A stretch of 64,000 nt of DNA from Alphaproteobacteria bacterium (GTDB lineage: Bacteria; Pseudomonadota; Alphaproteobacteria; MPNO01; UBA830): contig OZ244055.1 in the NCBI GenBank assembly GCA_965214975.1, positions 598,994 through 662,993 on the forward strand. The letters are read 5' to 3'. The position numbers were made by a program, and so were the translations under genes. A model generated the notes under the pieces. That model did no database searches. It was not told where the DNA came from and saw only the letters and a program-made list of their open reading frames with translations. Below, one piece after another: positions 28,898 to 38,278 of the stretch. Every line of letters starts with the position of its first letter. Position 1 is the first letter of the stretch.

Positions 28898-30529
28898 ATG
28901 GGCGAAGCGAGGAACGTTCTGTGGATCATGGCCGACCAGCTGCGATGGGACTACCTGTCCTGCTACGGCCATCCGCATCTTCACACGCCGCATCTCGACC
29001 GCCTCGCCGAGCGCGGCGTGCGCTTCACCAACGCCTACGTGCAGTCGCCGTTCTGCGGCCCCTCGCGGATGTCCTCCTACACCGGACGGTACTGCCGTTC
29101 GCACGGCGCCACGTGGAACGGCTTTCCGCTGCGGGTCGGCGAGCCGACGCTCGGCGACCACCTGCGCGGGATTGGCGTCAGGCCGGTGATCGTCGGCAAG
29201 ACCCACATGGTTCCGGACGCCGCGGGCATGGAGCGGCTCGGGATCGACCCGGTCTCGGAGATCGGCGTTCACGTCGCCGAGTGCGGGTTCGAGCCGTTCG
29301 AGCGCGACGACGGGCTCCACCCCTTCGGGCCGATGGACCCGAACCCGGTCTACAACGACTACCTGAGGCAGCGGGGCCTGAACTCGTCGAACCCGTGGGA
29401 GGAGAACGCCAACGCGGGAATCGACGAAAACGGGGATCTCCGCTCCGGGTGGCTCATGAAGCACGCCAACCTGCCGGCGAACGTCCCCGAGGAGCATTCC
29501 GAAACGCCCTACATGACGGGGAGGGCGATCGACTTCATGAAACAGGCCGGCGACGCGCCTTGGCTCTGCCATCTCTCCTACATCAAGCCGCACTGGCCCT
29601 ACATCGTGCCGGCCCCCTACCACGCGATGTACGGCAGCGAGCACGTGCTGGCGCCGGTGCGCTCCGACGAGGAGCGCGAGACCGACCATCCGGTCTTCCG
29701 CGCCTACATCGATTCGAGAATCTGCCGCACCATGTCCCGCGACGAGGTCCGCGCCCGCGTGATCCCGGCCTACATGGGGCTCGTCAAGCAGATCGACGAC
29801 CAGCTCGGCCGCCTGTTCTCGTGGATGGAGGAGGCCGGCCTGATGGACAGCACCCTGATCGCGTTCACGTCCGACCACGGCGACTATCTCGGCGACCACT
29901 GGATGGGCGAGAAGGATCTGTTCCACGACCAGTCCGTCAAGGTGCCGCTGATCGTCTGCGACCCCCGCGCCGAGGCCGACGCGACCCGCGGCCTGGCGCG
30001 GGACGAACTCGTCGAGTGCATCGACCTCGCCCCGACGTTCCTGCGCTATTTCGGCGGTCCGGAACTGCCGCACGTGATGGAGGGCCGGACGCTGGATCCG
30101 CTGCTCCATTCGGCCGGCCGGCCCGCGGACTGGCGGCGTCACGCGATTTCCGAATACGACTACGCCACCCGCGAGGCGCGGCAGCTGATCGGCAACGCGC
30201 AGGAGGACGCGAGGCTGATCATGATCCGCGACGCGCGGTGGAAGTACGTCCATGCCGAGGGCTTCCGCCCGATGCTTTTCGATCTCGAGGCGGATCCCCA
30301 GGAACTGCGCGACCTCGGGGACAGCCCCGATCCGGAGCACGCGCGGGTCCGCGAGGCCCTGCGCGAGGGGATCTTCGCCTGGGCGCGAAGGCATCACAAC
30401 CGGTTCACGCTCGATCCCGCGACCATCGAGAGAATGACCGGAGGGGAACCGCCGGGCGTGCTGATCGGCTTCTGGGACGAGGAGGAGTTCGAGTCCGTCT
30501 TCGGCAAGCCGTTCGCGGAACGCCCCTGA
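28898..30529 (+). CDS. Sulfatase family protein (alkaline phosphatase superfamily; formylglycine-type C-x-P-x-R).
   Basis: WIMADQLRWDY...SPFCGPSRMSSYTGRY is the sulfatase signature with Cys for FGly. The ATG at 28898 has a GAGAGGAAGGA Shine-Dalgarno sequence. The product is 543 aa. Confidence 0.85.
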   Translation: MGEARNVLWIMADQLRWDYLSCYGHPHLHTPHLDRLAERGVRFTNAYVQSPFCGPSRMSSYTGRYCRSHGATWNGFPLRVGEPTLGDHLRGIGVRPVIVGKTHMVPDAAGMERLGIDPVSEIGVHVAECGFEPFERDDGLHPFGPMDPNPVYNDYLRQRGLNSSNPWEENANAGIDENGDLRSGWLMKHANLPANVPEEHSETPYMTGRAIDFMKQAGDAPWLCHLSYIKPHWPYIVPAPYHAMYGSEHVLAPVRSDEERETDHPVFRAYIDSRICRTMSRDEVRARVIPAYMGLVKQIDDQLGRLFSWMEEAGLMDSTLIAFTSDHGDYLGDHWMGEKDLFHDQSVKVPLIVCDPRAEADATRGLARDELVECIDLAPTFLRYFGGPELPHVMEGRTLDPLLHSAGRPADWRRHAISEYDYATREARQLIGNAQEDARLIMIRDARWKYVHAEGFRPMLFDLEADPQELRDLGDSPDPEHARVREALREGIFAWARRHHNRFTLDPATIERMTGGEPPGVLIGFWDEEEFESVFGKPFAERP

Positions 30530-30603
30530 CCGCAACGCCCCTGACCGCAACGCCCCTGACCGCAACGCCCCTGACCGCGGGGCCCCTGACCGCGGGGCCC
30601 CGG
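30524..30603. repeat. 15-bp tandem repeat, about 5.5 units (gcccctgaccgcaac x4, then gcccctgaccgcggg x2).
   Basis: Read directly: cgcccctgaccgcaacgcccctgaccgcaacgcccctgaccgcaacgcccctgaccgcggggcccctgaccgcggggcccc. It spans from the sulfatase stop (which is inside the first unit) to the convergent ligase stop. Confidence 0.9.
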
Positions 30604-32574
30604 TCAGCCGCCGTCCGGCGGGGCGAGCGCGGTCTTGACGATCTTGCGCGTCGGCGTCATCGGCATCCGCTCGACGACCGTCAGCGCTTCCGGCCATTTC
30701 ATCTTGGCCACGCCGTGGCGCCCGAGCCAGGCGCGGATGTCCTCGAGCGTGAGCTCCGTGTCCGGCAGCAGCTGAACGTAGGCCGCGGCCCGCTCCCCGA
30801 GAACCTCGTCGGGGATCGGGGCGATCGCCGAGACGGTCACCGCGGGATGCCGGTCGAGGACCGCCTCGACGTCCGTCGGGTTGATCTTGACGCCGCCCCT
30901 GTTGATGATGTCCTTGAGGCGCCCGGTGAAACGCACGTCGTCGTCGGCGTGCCGCACGGCGAGGTCGCCGGTGCGGAACCAGCCGTCGTCGGTGAAGCTC
31001 TCGCGGTTGGCCTGCTCGTTGCCGAAATACCCCGGGATGACCGAGCATCCGCGGATCTGCAGCTCGCCCTCCTCGCCGTCCGCCGCGGGCGAGCCGTCGG
31101 ACCGCGCGATCCGGACGCCGAAGGTCGGGGTCGGGCCGCCGAGGCTCTCCAGCCGGGGTCCGGCCGGGCCGTCGAAGGGCGTGTGCAGGCCCATGAAGCA
31201 TTCGGTCATGCCCCACATCAGCCCGACCGCGCCGTTGGGCAGCGCGTCGTCGAGGGCGCGGGCCACCTCCGGCGGGCAGGCCGAGCCCGAGATCGTCGCG
31301 ATCCGGAGCGACGACAGGTCGCGCCCCTTCAGAAGGCCCGAGGACAGTGTGGCGGCGACGTGGGCCGGCGCCGCGAACAGCACCGACGGGCGTCCGGTCT
31401 CGATGGTCTCCGCCAGGCCTTCCGGGCTGAACGCCGGCATCAGCAGGTTCGTGGCGCCAGCCATCAGGGCCAGGTTCATCACGCAGATGCCGAAGGCGTG
31501 GGTGAACGGCGGCAGGCCGAGGACGACGTCGTCCGGCGAGAGCGCGTAGAGCCCGGCCGCGTTGCGGTTGTTCGAGAGCATGGTGTGGCAGTTGTGGACC
31601 ACGGCCTTCGGCGCCGCCGACGTTCCCGAGGTGAAGCACAGGATCGCGGGGTCGGCCGCGACCGGCGGGTCGGCGACGGCGGCCGTCGAGCCGCCGTCGC
31701 GCAGCTCGGCCAGCGCCAGCGCCCCGGGCGGCGCGTCGCCGCCGGCGACGATCACGTGATCGAGGGACTCGACGCTCCCGCGCAGTTCCAGCATCGTCTC
31801 CGGCGCGTCGTAGCCGCCGTCGGCGGGACCGCACAGGATGGCGCGGGCCCGGGCGTGACGGAGCAGGGGGGCCATCTCTCCGCCCCGGTAGGGCATGTGC
31901 ATGGTCGAGACGACGGCGCCGATCGTCGCGGCCGCGAAATAGAAGACCGCGAAGTCCGGAACGTTCGGAAGCTGGACCGCCACCACGTCGCCCTTGCGGA
32001 TGCCGAGCTCGAGAAGCCCGTTGGCGACGCGCAGGGCGCGCTCGAACGCCTCGCCGTAGCCGATCTCGCCGCCGCCGTGGCGCAGGGCCGCCGTTTCGGG
32101 CGCCCGCTCGGCGCGGGCGGCGAGCCAGGAGGCGACGGTGTCCGCGTTCCAGCGGCCCTCGCGCAGGTACCGGGCGGCGTCCGCCGGCGGGAAGGACAGC
32201 GCGCCGCGGAGCTCCATGGCCGCGGGGCTGAACGCGAAACGGTCCTCGTGCGGGGTGAAGCGCTCGGCGCGGAACCGGCGGCCGCCGCCGAGCTCGTAGA
32301 GCCGCGCGTAGCGCCGGCGATCGAAGCGGCGGTGCTCGGCGATGACGCGGATGTAGGTCACCTGCTCGCGGGTCAGGCCGATCCTGCGCGCGATCTCGGG
32401 GTCGGAGAGGCCGGCGCCCTCGCGCTGGCGCTCGATCTCGTCCCAGTCGAGCTCGCGGACCGGGTCGCCGCGGCGGACCTGCAGGTTGTGGCTGAGCTCG
32501 AGGACGGCGTCGCTCCAGGTCCGGACGAGGGCTTCGGTGACGCCGGTCTGTCCGCGCCTCAGCCCGCGGGTCAT
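30604..32574 (-). CDS. AMP-dependent synthetase/ligase (acyl-CoA synthetase family) with a ~130-aa N-terminal extension containing an HTH-like segment.
   Basis: The adenylation core has FTSGTSAAPKAV (AMP motif), GYFGNEQANRESF...GWFRTGDL, and GRLKDIINRGGVKINPTDVE. The N-terminal extension MTRGLRRGQ...GLSDPEIARRIGLTREQVTYIRV resembles a sigma70-r4/LuxR-type HTH. The ATG at 32574 overlaps the upstream Fe-S gene stop (ATGA). An alternative internal start is at 32217 (MELRGALSF). Confidence 0.75.
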   Translation of the reverse strand: MTRGLRRGQTGVTEALVRTWSDAVLELSHNLQVRRGDPVRELDWDEIERQREGAGLSDPEIARRIGLTREQVTYIRVIAEHRRFDRRRYARLYELGGGRRFRAERFTPHEDRFAFSPAAMELRGALSFPPADAARYLREGRWNADTVASWLAARAERAPETAALRHGGGEIGYGEAFERALRVANGLLELGIRKGDVVAVQLPNVPDFAVFYFAAATIGAVVSTMHMPYRGGEMAPLLRHARARAILCGPADGGYDAPETMLELRGSVESLDHVIVAGGDAPPGALALAELRDGGSTAAVADPPVAADPAILCFTSGTSAAPKAVVHNCHTMLSNNRNAAGLYALSPDDVVLGLPPFTHAFGICVMNLALMAGATNLLMPAFSPEGLAETIETGRPSVLFAAPAHVAATLSSGLLKGRDLSSLRIATISGSACPPEVARALDDALPNGAVGLMWGMTECFMGLHTPFDGPAGPRLESLGGPTPTFGVRIARSDGSPAADGEEGELQIRGCSVIPGYFGNEQANRESFTDDGWFRTGDLAVRHADDDVRFTGRLKDIINRGGVKINPTDVEAVLDRHPAVTVSAIAPIPDEVLGERAAAYVQLLPDTELTLEDIRAWLGRHGVAKMKWPEALTVVERMPMTPTRKIVKTALAPPDGG

Positions 32575-33488
32575 GGGGCGGTCTTGCCGGCGTTGCGGGC
32601 GCGGCGGCGGCGGATCGGGTCGGAGAGCGGCGCCTGGGTCGCGATCGGGCACACGCGCATGCACTCGAAGCACTGGGCGAGCAGCCCGCCGGACCCCACG
32701 GACATCTTGTACCAGAGCATCTTGTTGTCGGGGCCGAACAGCATGTCCTCCCGCTCGGCCTCGTCGTCGAGCTCGATCGCGGCCTGGAACATGTCCGGCA
32801 GGGTCTCGTACTGCTGCGTCATCTCCGCGCAGGCGGCCATGTCGTAGCGCATCTCGCGCTGCCTGCCGTTCTCGTCGATGTCTCCGGAAAGGCACTGCAC
32901 CGGGCAGAACTTCATGCAGGGCGTCTGGCCGCTCTTGCGGAACAGGTCGACGCAGGACGGCGTCGGGCAGGGGTTCTCGGCCATGGGCCGGTCCGGCGGC
33001 AGCTCGAGCTCGGTGAACACCGAGGCGTAGTACATGTAGCCGAACTCGGGGTGCAGCAGGATGTCGCCCGCGAGCGACCGCGCGCCGATGCCGGCGATCT
33101 CGGCGTGGAGCTTGAGGCTCTGGAAGGGGGTGCGCGGCCCGGCCTCCGGATCCATGTCGGGCGGGCAGTAGATCGCGCGCTTGCCGTAGGCGTTCTCGAT
33201 GAAGAACGCGCAGCCGTAGGCCACCGTGTAGGCCCGGGTCTCGGTCGAGCCGAAATACCCCAGCGCCCGCGCCGGAACGCTCCAGGCGCCCTGGGTCTGG
33301 CCGCCGACGCCGATCGCGACGATGGAGCGCGCCCGCGGCCACAGGTCGCTCGGCCGGTGGCCTTCCGGCGCGATCCGTTCCACCACGTCGATGTCGGCGA
33401 CGCCCGCCGCCAGCGCCCCCTTTCGCAGGCAGTAGCCGAGGATGCTCTCCTTCGCTTCCTCCGGGTCGATCTCCGGCTCTGGGGCCAT
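32571..33488 (-). CDS. Cys-rich Fe-S cluster-binding protein (ferredoxin-type C-x2-C-x3-C-P motif); family not recognised.
   Basis: 305 aa containing CPTPSCVDLFRKSGQTPCMKFCPVQC and AQCFECMRVCPIA. Start ATG at 33488. It is translationally coupled to the ligase gene downstream. Confidence 0.55.
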   Translation of the reverse strand: MAPEPEIDPEEAKESILGYCLRKGALAAGVADIDVVERIAPEGHRPSDLWPRARSIVAIGVGGQTQGAWSVPARALGYFGSTETRAYTVAYGCAFFIENAYGKRAIYCPPDMDPEAGPRTPFQSLKLHAEIAGIGARSLAGDILLHPEFGYMYYASVFTELELPPDRPMAENPCPTPSCVDLFRKSGQTPCMKFCPVQCLSGDIDENGRQREMRYDMAACAEMTQQYETLPDMFQAAIELDDEAEREDMLFGPDNKMLWYKMSVGSGGLLAQCFECMRVCPIATQAPLSDPIRRRRARNAGKTAP

Positions 33489-33632
33489 GCGGCGGCTCCC
33501 GTGCTGCGGCGCGTCGCGCTCTCTCCAGACCTCTAGACGAACGGCGCCGGCTGCGCAAACCCGCGCGACGGACTTGATCCCGCGCGGCCGCGGCGGGATA
33601 ACCGTTCGCCCGGGACGCGGGGAGGGAGCGCG

Positions 33633-33800
33633 ATGAACAGGCCTCTGGCGGTCGGCGCGGCCGCGGCCGCCGTCGTCGTGGCGGCGATCGCGTCGACGTT
33701 CTTCATCGACCGGAAACCCGATTCCCCGGTCCCGCCGCCGGCGGCGGAACCGCCCCCGCGCCCCGGCGCCGGCCGGCCGCCCCCCGCGGTTCCGGGATGA
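33633..33800 (+). CDS. Small ORF (55 aa): an N-terminal hydrophobic helix followed by a Pro-rich tail.
   Basis: ATG at 33633 preceded by GGGGAGGGAG 6 nt upstream. It encodes MNRPLAVGAAAAAVVVAAIASTFFIDRKPDSPVPPPAAEPPPRPGAGRPPPAVPG*. It is not in the ORF track (below the size cut-off) and sits 55 nt upstream of the PhtD-like gene. Confidence 0.35.
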   Translation: MNRPLAVGAAAAAVVVAAIASTFFIDRKPDSPVPPPAAEPPPRPGAGRPPPAVPG

Positions 33801-33854
33801 CCCCGGCGCGGCGGGCTGGTATGGTCGCCGGCGCGACGCCCACCGGAGAGCGGC

Positions 33855-34853
33855 ATGGACAACGACATCCCCCTGACGATGGCCACGTGGGACTACGACC
33901 ACGTGCGCGACATCGCGTCGGGCGAGGTCAGGCCGAAGGGCGTCAGGATCACCCATCTCCAGATGGAGGTGGAAGAGATCTTCTACCGCTTCGCGAAGTC
34001 CCTGGAATGGGACGTCTCGGAACTGTCCTTCGCCAAGTACTGCTCCATCCTGTCCCGGGACGATCCGCCGATCACCGGGATCCCGGTGTTCGTGAGCCGC
34101 GTGTTCCGCCATTCGGCCTTCTACGTCCGCGGAGACGGCAGGATCCTCGGGCCGGAGGATCTGCGGGGAGGGCGGATCGGGATTCCCGAATGGTCGCAGA
34201 CGGCGACCGTCTACGCGCGGGGCTGGCTTCAGCACCAGGGCGGCGTGGGGCTCGACGAGGTCGAGTGGATCCAGGCCGGCGTCAACGCCCCCGGCCGCGT
34301 CGAGATGGCCGAGCTCAGGCTTCCGGACGGCGTCCGCTGCGTCCCGGTTCCGGACCGGTCGCTGTCGGACATGCTGCTCGCGGGCGAGATCGACTGCATG
34401 ATCTCGGCGCATCCGCCGGCCGTCTTCGAGGACGGGCACCCGGACGTGACGCGGCTGTTTCCGGATTTCCGGGAGGTCGAGGAGAGGTATTTCGAAGAAA
34501 CCGGCATCTACCCGATCATGCACACGATCGCGATCCGCCGCGACGTCTACGAACGCAACCGCTGGATCGCCCGCAACCTGATGACGGCGTTCGAGGAGGC
34601 GCGGGACCGTTCGGTCGCGCGGCTGACGAGCGTGACGGCCTCGCGGATTCCCGTGCCCTGGGGCTACGAGAACGCCGTTCGCGTCGGCCGGCGGGTTTTC
34701 GGCGGGAACGGGCTCTGGCCCTACGGCATCGAGGCCAACCGCGCGACCATCGAGGCGTTTCTCGGGTATTGCCACGAACAGGGCGTCTGCCATCGCAGGC
34801 TGGCGCCCGAGGAACTCTTCGCGCCCGAATCTCTCAGCGAGTTCGTGATATGA
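33855..34853 (+). CDS. PhtD-like (4,5-dihydroxyphthalate decarboxylase family; NMT1/THI5-like fold) protein.
   Basis: TMATWDYDHVRDIASGEVRPKGV...FHRAF-like EEIFYRFAKSLEWDVSELSFAKY...GIPVFVSRVFRHSAFYVR. The length and motifs match the PhtD family. Confidence 0.7.
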   Translation: MDNDIPLTMATWDYDHVRDIASGEVRPKGVRITHLQMEVEEIFYRFAKSLEWDVSELSFAKYCSILSRDDPPITGIPVFVSRVFRHSAFYVRGDGRILGPEDLRGGRIGIPEWSQTATVYARGWLQHQGGVGLDEVEWIQAGVNAPGRVEMAELRLPDGVRCVPVPDRSLSDMLLAGEIDCMISAHPPAVFEDGHPDVTRLFPDFREVEERYFEETGIYPIMHTIAIRRDVYERNRWIARNLMTAFEEARDRSVARLTSVTASRIPVPWGYENAVRVGRRVFGGNGLWPYGIEANRATIEAFLGYCHEQGVCHRRLAPEELFAPESLSEFVI

Positions 34854-35425
34854 TCGACCGACCGCCCTTTCTCCCGAAGCTTCTGCTCGCCGCCGCAACC
34901 GGGATCGCCGTCATGGCCACCAGCCCCGCCGCGCGCGCTGCGGACGCCGAGAACACCCTCCATCTCGATCTCAGGTACGGGCGGGTCGTCATCGAGCTCC
35001 TGCCCGGCCTCGCGCCGAACCATGTCCGGCGGATCAAGGAACTCGCGCGCGAGAAATTCTACGACGGCCTCAAGTTCCACCGCGTCATCGACGGCTTCAT
35101 GGTGCAGACCGGGGATCCCCGGGGGAACGGCACGGGCGGTTCGGACAAGCCGGATCTCGAGGCGGAGTTCTCCGCCGAGAGCCATGTGCGCGGGATCGCG
35201 TCGATGGCGCGGGCGCGGGATCCGGACAGCGCCAACAGCCAGTTCTTCATCGTGCTGGCCGATTCGACCTTCCTCGACCGCAAGTACACGGTCTGGGGGC
35301 GCGTCGTTTCCGGCATGGAGTTCGTGGACAGGATCCGCAAGGGCGACCGGGCGCGCAACGGCATGGTGGACGACCCGGACGTCATCGAGACCCTGCGCGT
35401 GGCGGCGGACGCGGAGGGCCGCTGA
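34850..35425 (+). CDS. Peptidyl-prolyl cis-trans isomerase, cyclophilin type, with a signal peptide.
   Basis: The ATG overlaps the PhtD-like stop (ATGA). The product has a signal peptide (LLLAAATGIAVMATSPAARA) and the cyclophilin core FHRVIDGFMVQTGDP...SMAR...NSQFFI. Confidence 0.85.
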   Translation: MIDRPPFLPKLLLAAATGIAVMATSPAARAADAENTLHLDLRYGRVVIELLPGLAPNHVRRIKELAREKFYDGLKFHRVIDGFMVQTGDPRGNGTGGSDKPDLEAEFSAESHVRGIASMARARDPDSANSQFFIVLADSTFLDRKYTVWGRVVSGMEFVDRIRKGDRARNGMVDDPDVIETLRVAADAEGR

Positions 35426-36065
35426 CCGTTCGCCGGCACGGGCGCGCGAAATCCGCCCGCGCCCGCTCGACCCTCTCCCGCGCGAAGCATCCGGCGGCGT
35501 GGTCGTTGACGAGGCCCATGGCCTGCATGAAGGAATACGCCGTGGTCGGGCCGACGAACGTCCAGCCGCGCCGCTTGAGTTCCCGCGACAGCGCCGTCGA
35601 TTCCGGGCTCGCGGAAGGGGGCGGGTGACCGCCGGGCGCCGTCCGCGCGGCCGGATCGGGCTCCCACCGCCAGAAGAACGCGGCGAGCGACCCGAATTCC
35701 CCGGCCATCTCGCAGGCGCGGCGGGCGTTGCTGACGGTCGCCTCGATCTTGCCGCGGTGGCGGACGATGCCGGCGTCCTCGAGAAGCGCGGAGATCTCGG
35801 CCGGCCCGAACGCGGCGACCGCCTCGAAGTCGAAGCCGGAGAAGGCGCGGCGGAAGTTCTCACGCTTGCGGAGAATGGTGAGCCACGACAGGCCCGACTG
35901 GAAGCCCTCGAGGCAGATCTTCTCGAACAGGCGGCGGTCGTCCGCCGCGGGCATGCCCCACTCCAGGTCGTGATAGGCCAGGTAGCCGGGATCCTCTCCC
36001 GGCCATGCGCACCGGACCCGGCCGTCGCGGCCCCGGGCCAGCCCGTCTGCGGCGTCTGCGGACAT
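35382..36065 (-). CDS. tag: DNA-3-methyladenine glycosylase I.
   Basis: CAWPGEDPGYLAYHDLEWGMP...GFQSGLSWLTILRKRENFRRAF... is a Tag family sequence. The 3' end overlaps the PPIase gene end convergently because no earlier stop is present. Confidence 0.8.
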   Translation of the reverse strand: MSADAADGLARGRDGRVRCAWPGEDPGYLAYHDLEWGMPAADDRRLFEKICLEGFQSGLSWLTILRKRENFRRAFSGFDFEAVAAFGPAEISALLEDAGIVRHRGKIEATVSNARRACEMAGEFGSLAAFFWRWEPDPAARTAPGGHPPPSASPESTALSRELKRRGWTFVGPTTAYSFMQAMGLVNDHAAGCFARERVERARADFARPCRRTVSGPPRPPPRAGSR

Positions 36066-36138
36066 CGCGGCGCCCCCTCTTCCGGCGATCGGTAGGCCGC
36101 GGGCATCCTATCATGCGCCCGCGCCGTCTCCCGGCCCG

Positions 36139-37449
36139 ATGAACCGCGCGAGCCACCTGCGGGTCTGGCGCGTCGCCGGCCCCATCATGGCGTCCAACGT
36201 CTCGGTGCCGCTGCTCGGCGCGGTGGACACGTTCGTGATGGGCCATCTTCCCGACCCCGCGTTCCTCGGGGCGGTGGCGGTCGGGGCGATGATCTTCACG
36301 TTCCTGTACTGGGGTTTCGGGTTTCTCAGGATGGGGACGGGCGGCCTCACGGCCCAGGCCTACGGCGCGCGCGACGGCGACGAGGTGCGCGCCTGCCTCG
36401 CGCGGGCCGCGCTGGTCGCGCTGCCGGTGTCGCTGGTCCTGATCGCGGTCCAGGGTCCGGTCTCGTTCGTCGCCCTGGAGCTGGTGGACGCCTCCGCTCG
36501 GGTGGAGGAGCTGGCGGCGGACTACTTCCGCGTCCGCATCTGGGGGGCGCCGGCGACCCTGGCCAACTTCGCGCTTCTCGGCTGGTTCATCGGCTGCCGC
36601 CGGGCGCGCACGGCGCTGTGGCACCAGCTCTGGCTCAACGGCGTCAACATCCTGCTCGACCTGGTCTTCGTTCTCGGCTTCGGCTGGGGCGTCGCGGGGG
36701 TCGCCGCGGCGACGGTCGTCGCCGAGTTCGCGGCCGCGGCGTTCGGGCTGCGGCTGGCGCGCCCGGTTCTGCGCGGTCTCGGCGGCGCCTTCGTCCGCGG
36801 GCGCATCCTCGACGGCGCGCGGATGCGGCGCACGGTCGCGCTGAGCGCCGACATCTTCGTGCGCACCGTCTGCCTGGTGTTCGCCTTCGCGTACTTCACC
36901 GCGAGAGGCGCCGCGTTCGGCGACGTGGTGCTGGCGGCCAACGCGATTCTGCTCAACTTCCAGACGTTCATGGCGCACGCGCTCGACGGGTTCGCGCATG
37001 CGGCCGAGGCTCTGGGCGGCAACGCCGTGGGCGCGCGCGACCGGCGCCGGTTCCGCGACGCCGTCCATGCCTCGACGCTGTGGGCGGTGATCGTCGCGGC
37101 GGGATTCTCCGCGGTCTATGTCGCCGCCGGAGCGCACGTGATCGACCTTCTGACCGGGATCCCGGAGGTGCGCGCCGCGGCCCGGGACTTCCTGGCGTGG
37201 TCGCAGGTTCTGCCGCTGCTGTCGGTGCTGCCGTTCGTGCTCGACGGGATCTTCCTCGGCGCCACCCGCGGGCGCGCGATGCGCAACGCGATGGCGCTCT
37301 CGCTCGCGGCCTATCTGGGGGCCTGCTTCTGGCTGGTTCCGCTCTGGGGCAATCACGGGCTGTGGGCGGCGCTCGCGATTTTCATGGCCGCGCGCGGGGT
37401 GACGCTCGGCGTGCTCTATCCGGGGCTGGAGCGGTCGGTCGGGCGGTGA
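36139..37449 (+). CDS. MATE family efflux transporter (DinF-like).
   Basis: 436 aa with 12 predicted TM helices and MATE-typical repeats (GAVDTFVMGHL..., second half LDGFAHAAEALGG). Confidence 0.85.
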   Translation: MNRASHLRVWRVAGPIMASNVSVPLLGAVDTFVMGHLPDPAFLGAVAVGAMIFTFLYWGFGFLRMGTGGLTAQAYGARDGDEVRACLARAALVALPVSLVLIAVQGPVSFVALELVDASARVEELAADYFRVRIWGAPATLANFALLGWFIGCRRARTALWHQLWLNGVNILLDLVFVLGFGWGVAGVAAATVVAEFAAAAFGLRLARPVLRGLGGAFVRGRILDGARMRRTVALSADIFVRTVCLVFAFAYFTARGAAFGDVVLAANAILLNFQTFMAHALDGFAHAAEALGGNAVGARDRRRFRDAVHASTLWAVIVAAGFSAVYVAAGAHVIDLLTGIPEVRAAARDFLAWSQVLPLLSVLPFVLDGIFLGATRGRAMRNAMALSLAAYLGACFWLVPLWGNHGLWAALAIFMAARGVTLGVLYPGLERSVGR

Positions 37450-37471
37450 GCGCGCGGTGCCGGGGTTCCGG

Positions 37472-38227
37472 CTACTCCCGGTACCCGATGCCGTTGATGA
37501 AGTCGACCACCGCCGGCGCGATCGGGTCGGTCATCTCCTCGCGGACGTGCGCGATCAGCCCGGCCGCCCGGCCGACGGCGGCCACCGAGCGCATGACCTC
37601 GACCGGGAACTCGATCTCGTTCAGGACCGCGCCGAGGGCTCCGGTGACGTTGAGGGTGAGCGGCTTGCCGCGGGCCTTCTCGATCTCCTCGCCGACCAGC
37701 CCGGCCAGCGCGATGTAGCCGCCCTCGCATCCGGCCTCCTCGGCGATCCCGAAGATCCGGTCGGCGCGCGGATCGGTGGGGAAGTAGTAGGGATGGCCGT
37801 ATCCGGGGATGAACGCCTTGCGTTCGCGGAAACGCCGGACGGCGCCGGCCGCCCACTCGCGCTTGTCGCCCTCGGCGTCGGCGCCCTCCCGGAACAGCGC
37901 CCCGGCCCCGGCCATGGTGCCGGCGAACTTGCCGCCCACCATCATGGCGCCGGCGACCATCGGCAGCTGCACGTCGTCGGGCAGCGAGTCGTGCACCATG
38001 CGCGCGACGAGCGCGGTCGGCGTCAGCCCGTGGTCCATCAGGACGACCATGCAGGCGTCGAAGACGCGAACCCTTTCCGGGGCGAGCTCGCGTCCGGTGA
38101 CGATGAAGTAGAAGGCCTCGGAGAAGGACTTCTCCCCGACGATCTCGCTCAGCACGTCCTTGCCCCGCATGCGGAAGCGCCCGGTGTCCGAGGGGGGCGT
38201 GCCGATGCGGGTGCCGGGTTCCGTCAT
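37472..38227 (-). CDS. Citrate synthase-like small protein (citryl-CoA lyase family).
   Basis: 251 aa with FIPGYGHPYY (the citrate synthase HPYY-like active-site region) and GLIAH. Confidence 0.6.
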   Translation of the reverse strand: MTEPGTRIGTPPSDTGRFRMRGKDVLSEIVGEKSFSEAFYFIVTGRELAPERVRVFDACMVVLMDHGLTPTALVARMVHDSLPDDVQLPMVAGAMMVGGKFAGTMAGAGALFREGADAEGDKREWAAGAVRRFRERKAFIPGYGHPYYFPTDPRADRIFGIAEEAGCEGGYIALAGLVGEEIEKARGKPLTLNVTGALGAVLNEIEFPVEVMRSVAAVGRAAGLIAHVREEMTDPIAPAVVDFINGIGYRE

Positions 38228-38278
38228 CCGTCGTCTCCTGCCGCCTCCGGCCCCCGCCGGCCGCGGGCTGCCGGACGT

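Noticed and set aside
33533-33886. ORF 33533..33886 - (117 aa), overlapping the Fe-S gene start region and the small +strand ORF.
   Set aside because: The product is Gly/Ala/Arg-rich with no motif. The plus-strand 55-codon ORF with a strong SD is a better explanation of this interval.
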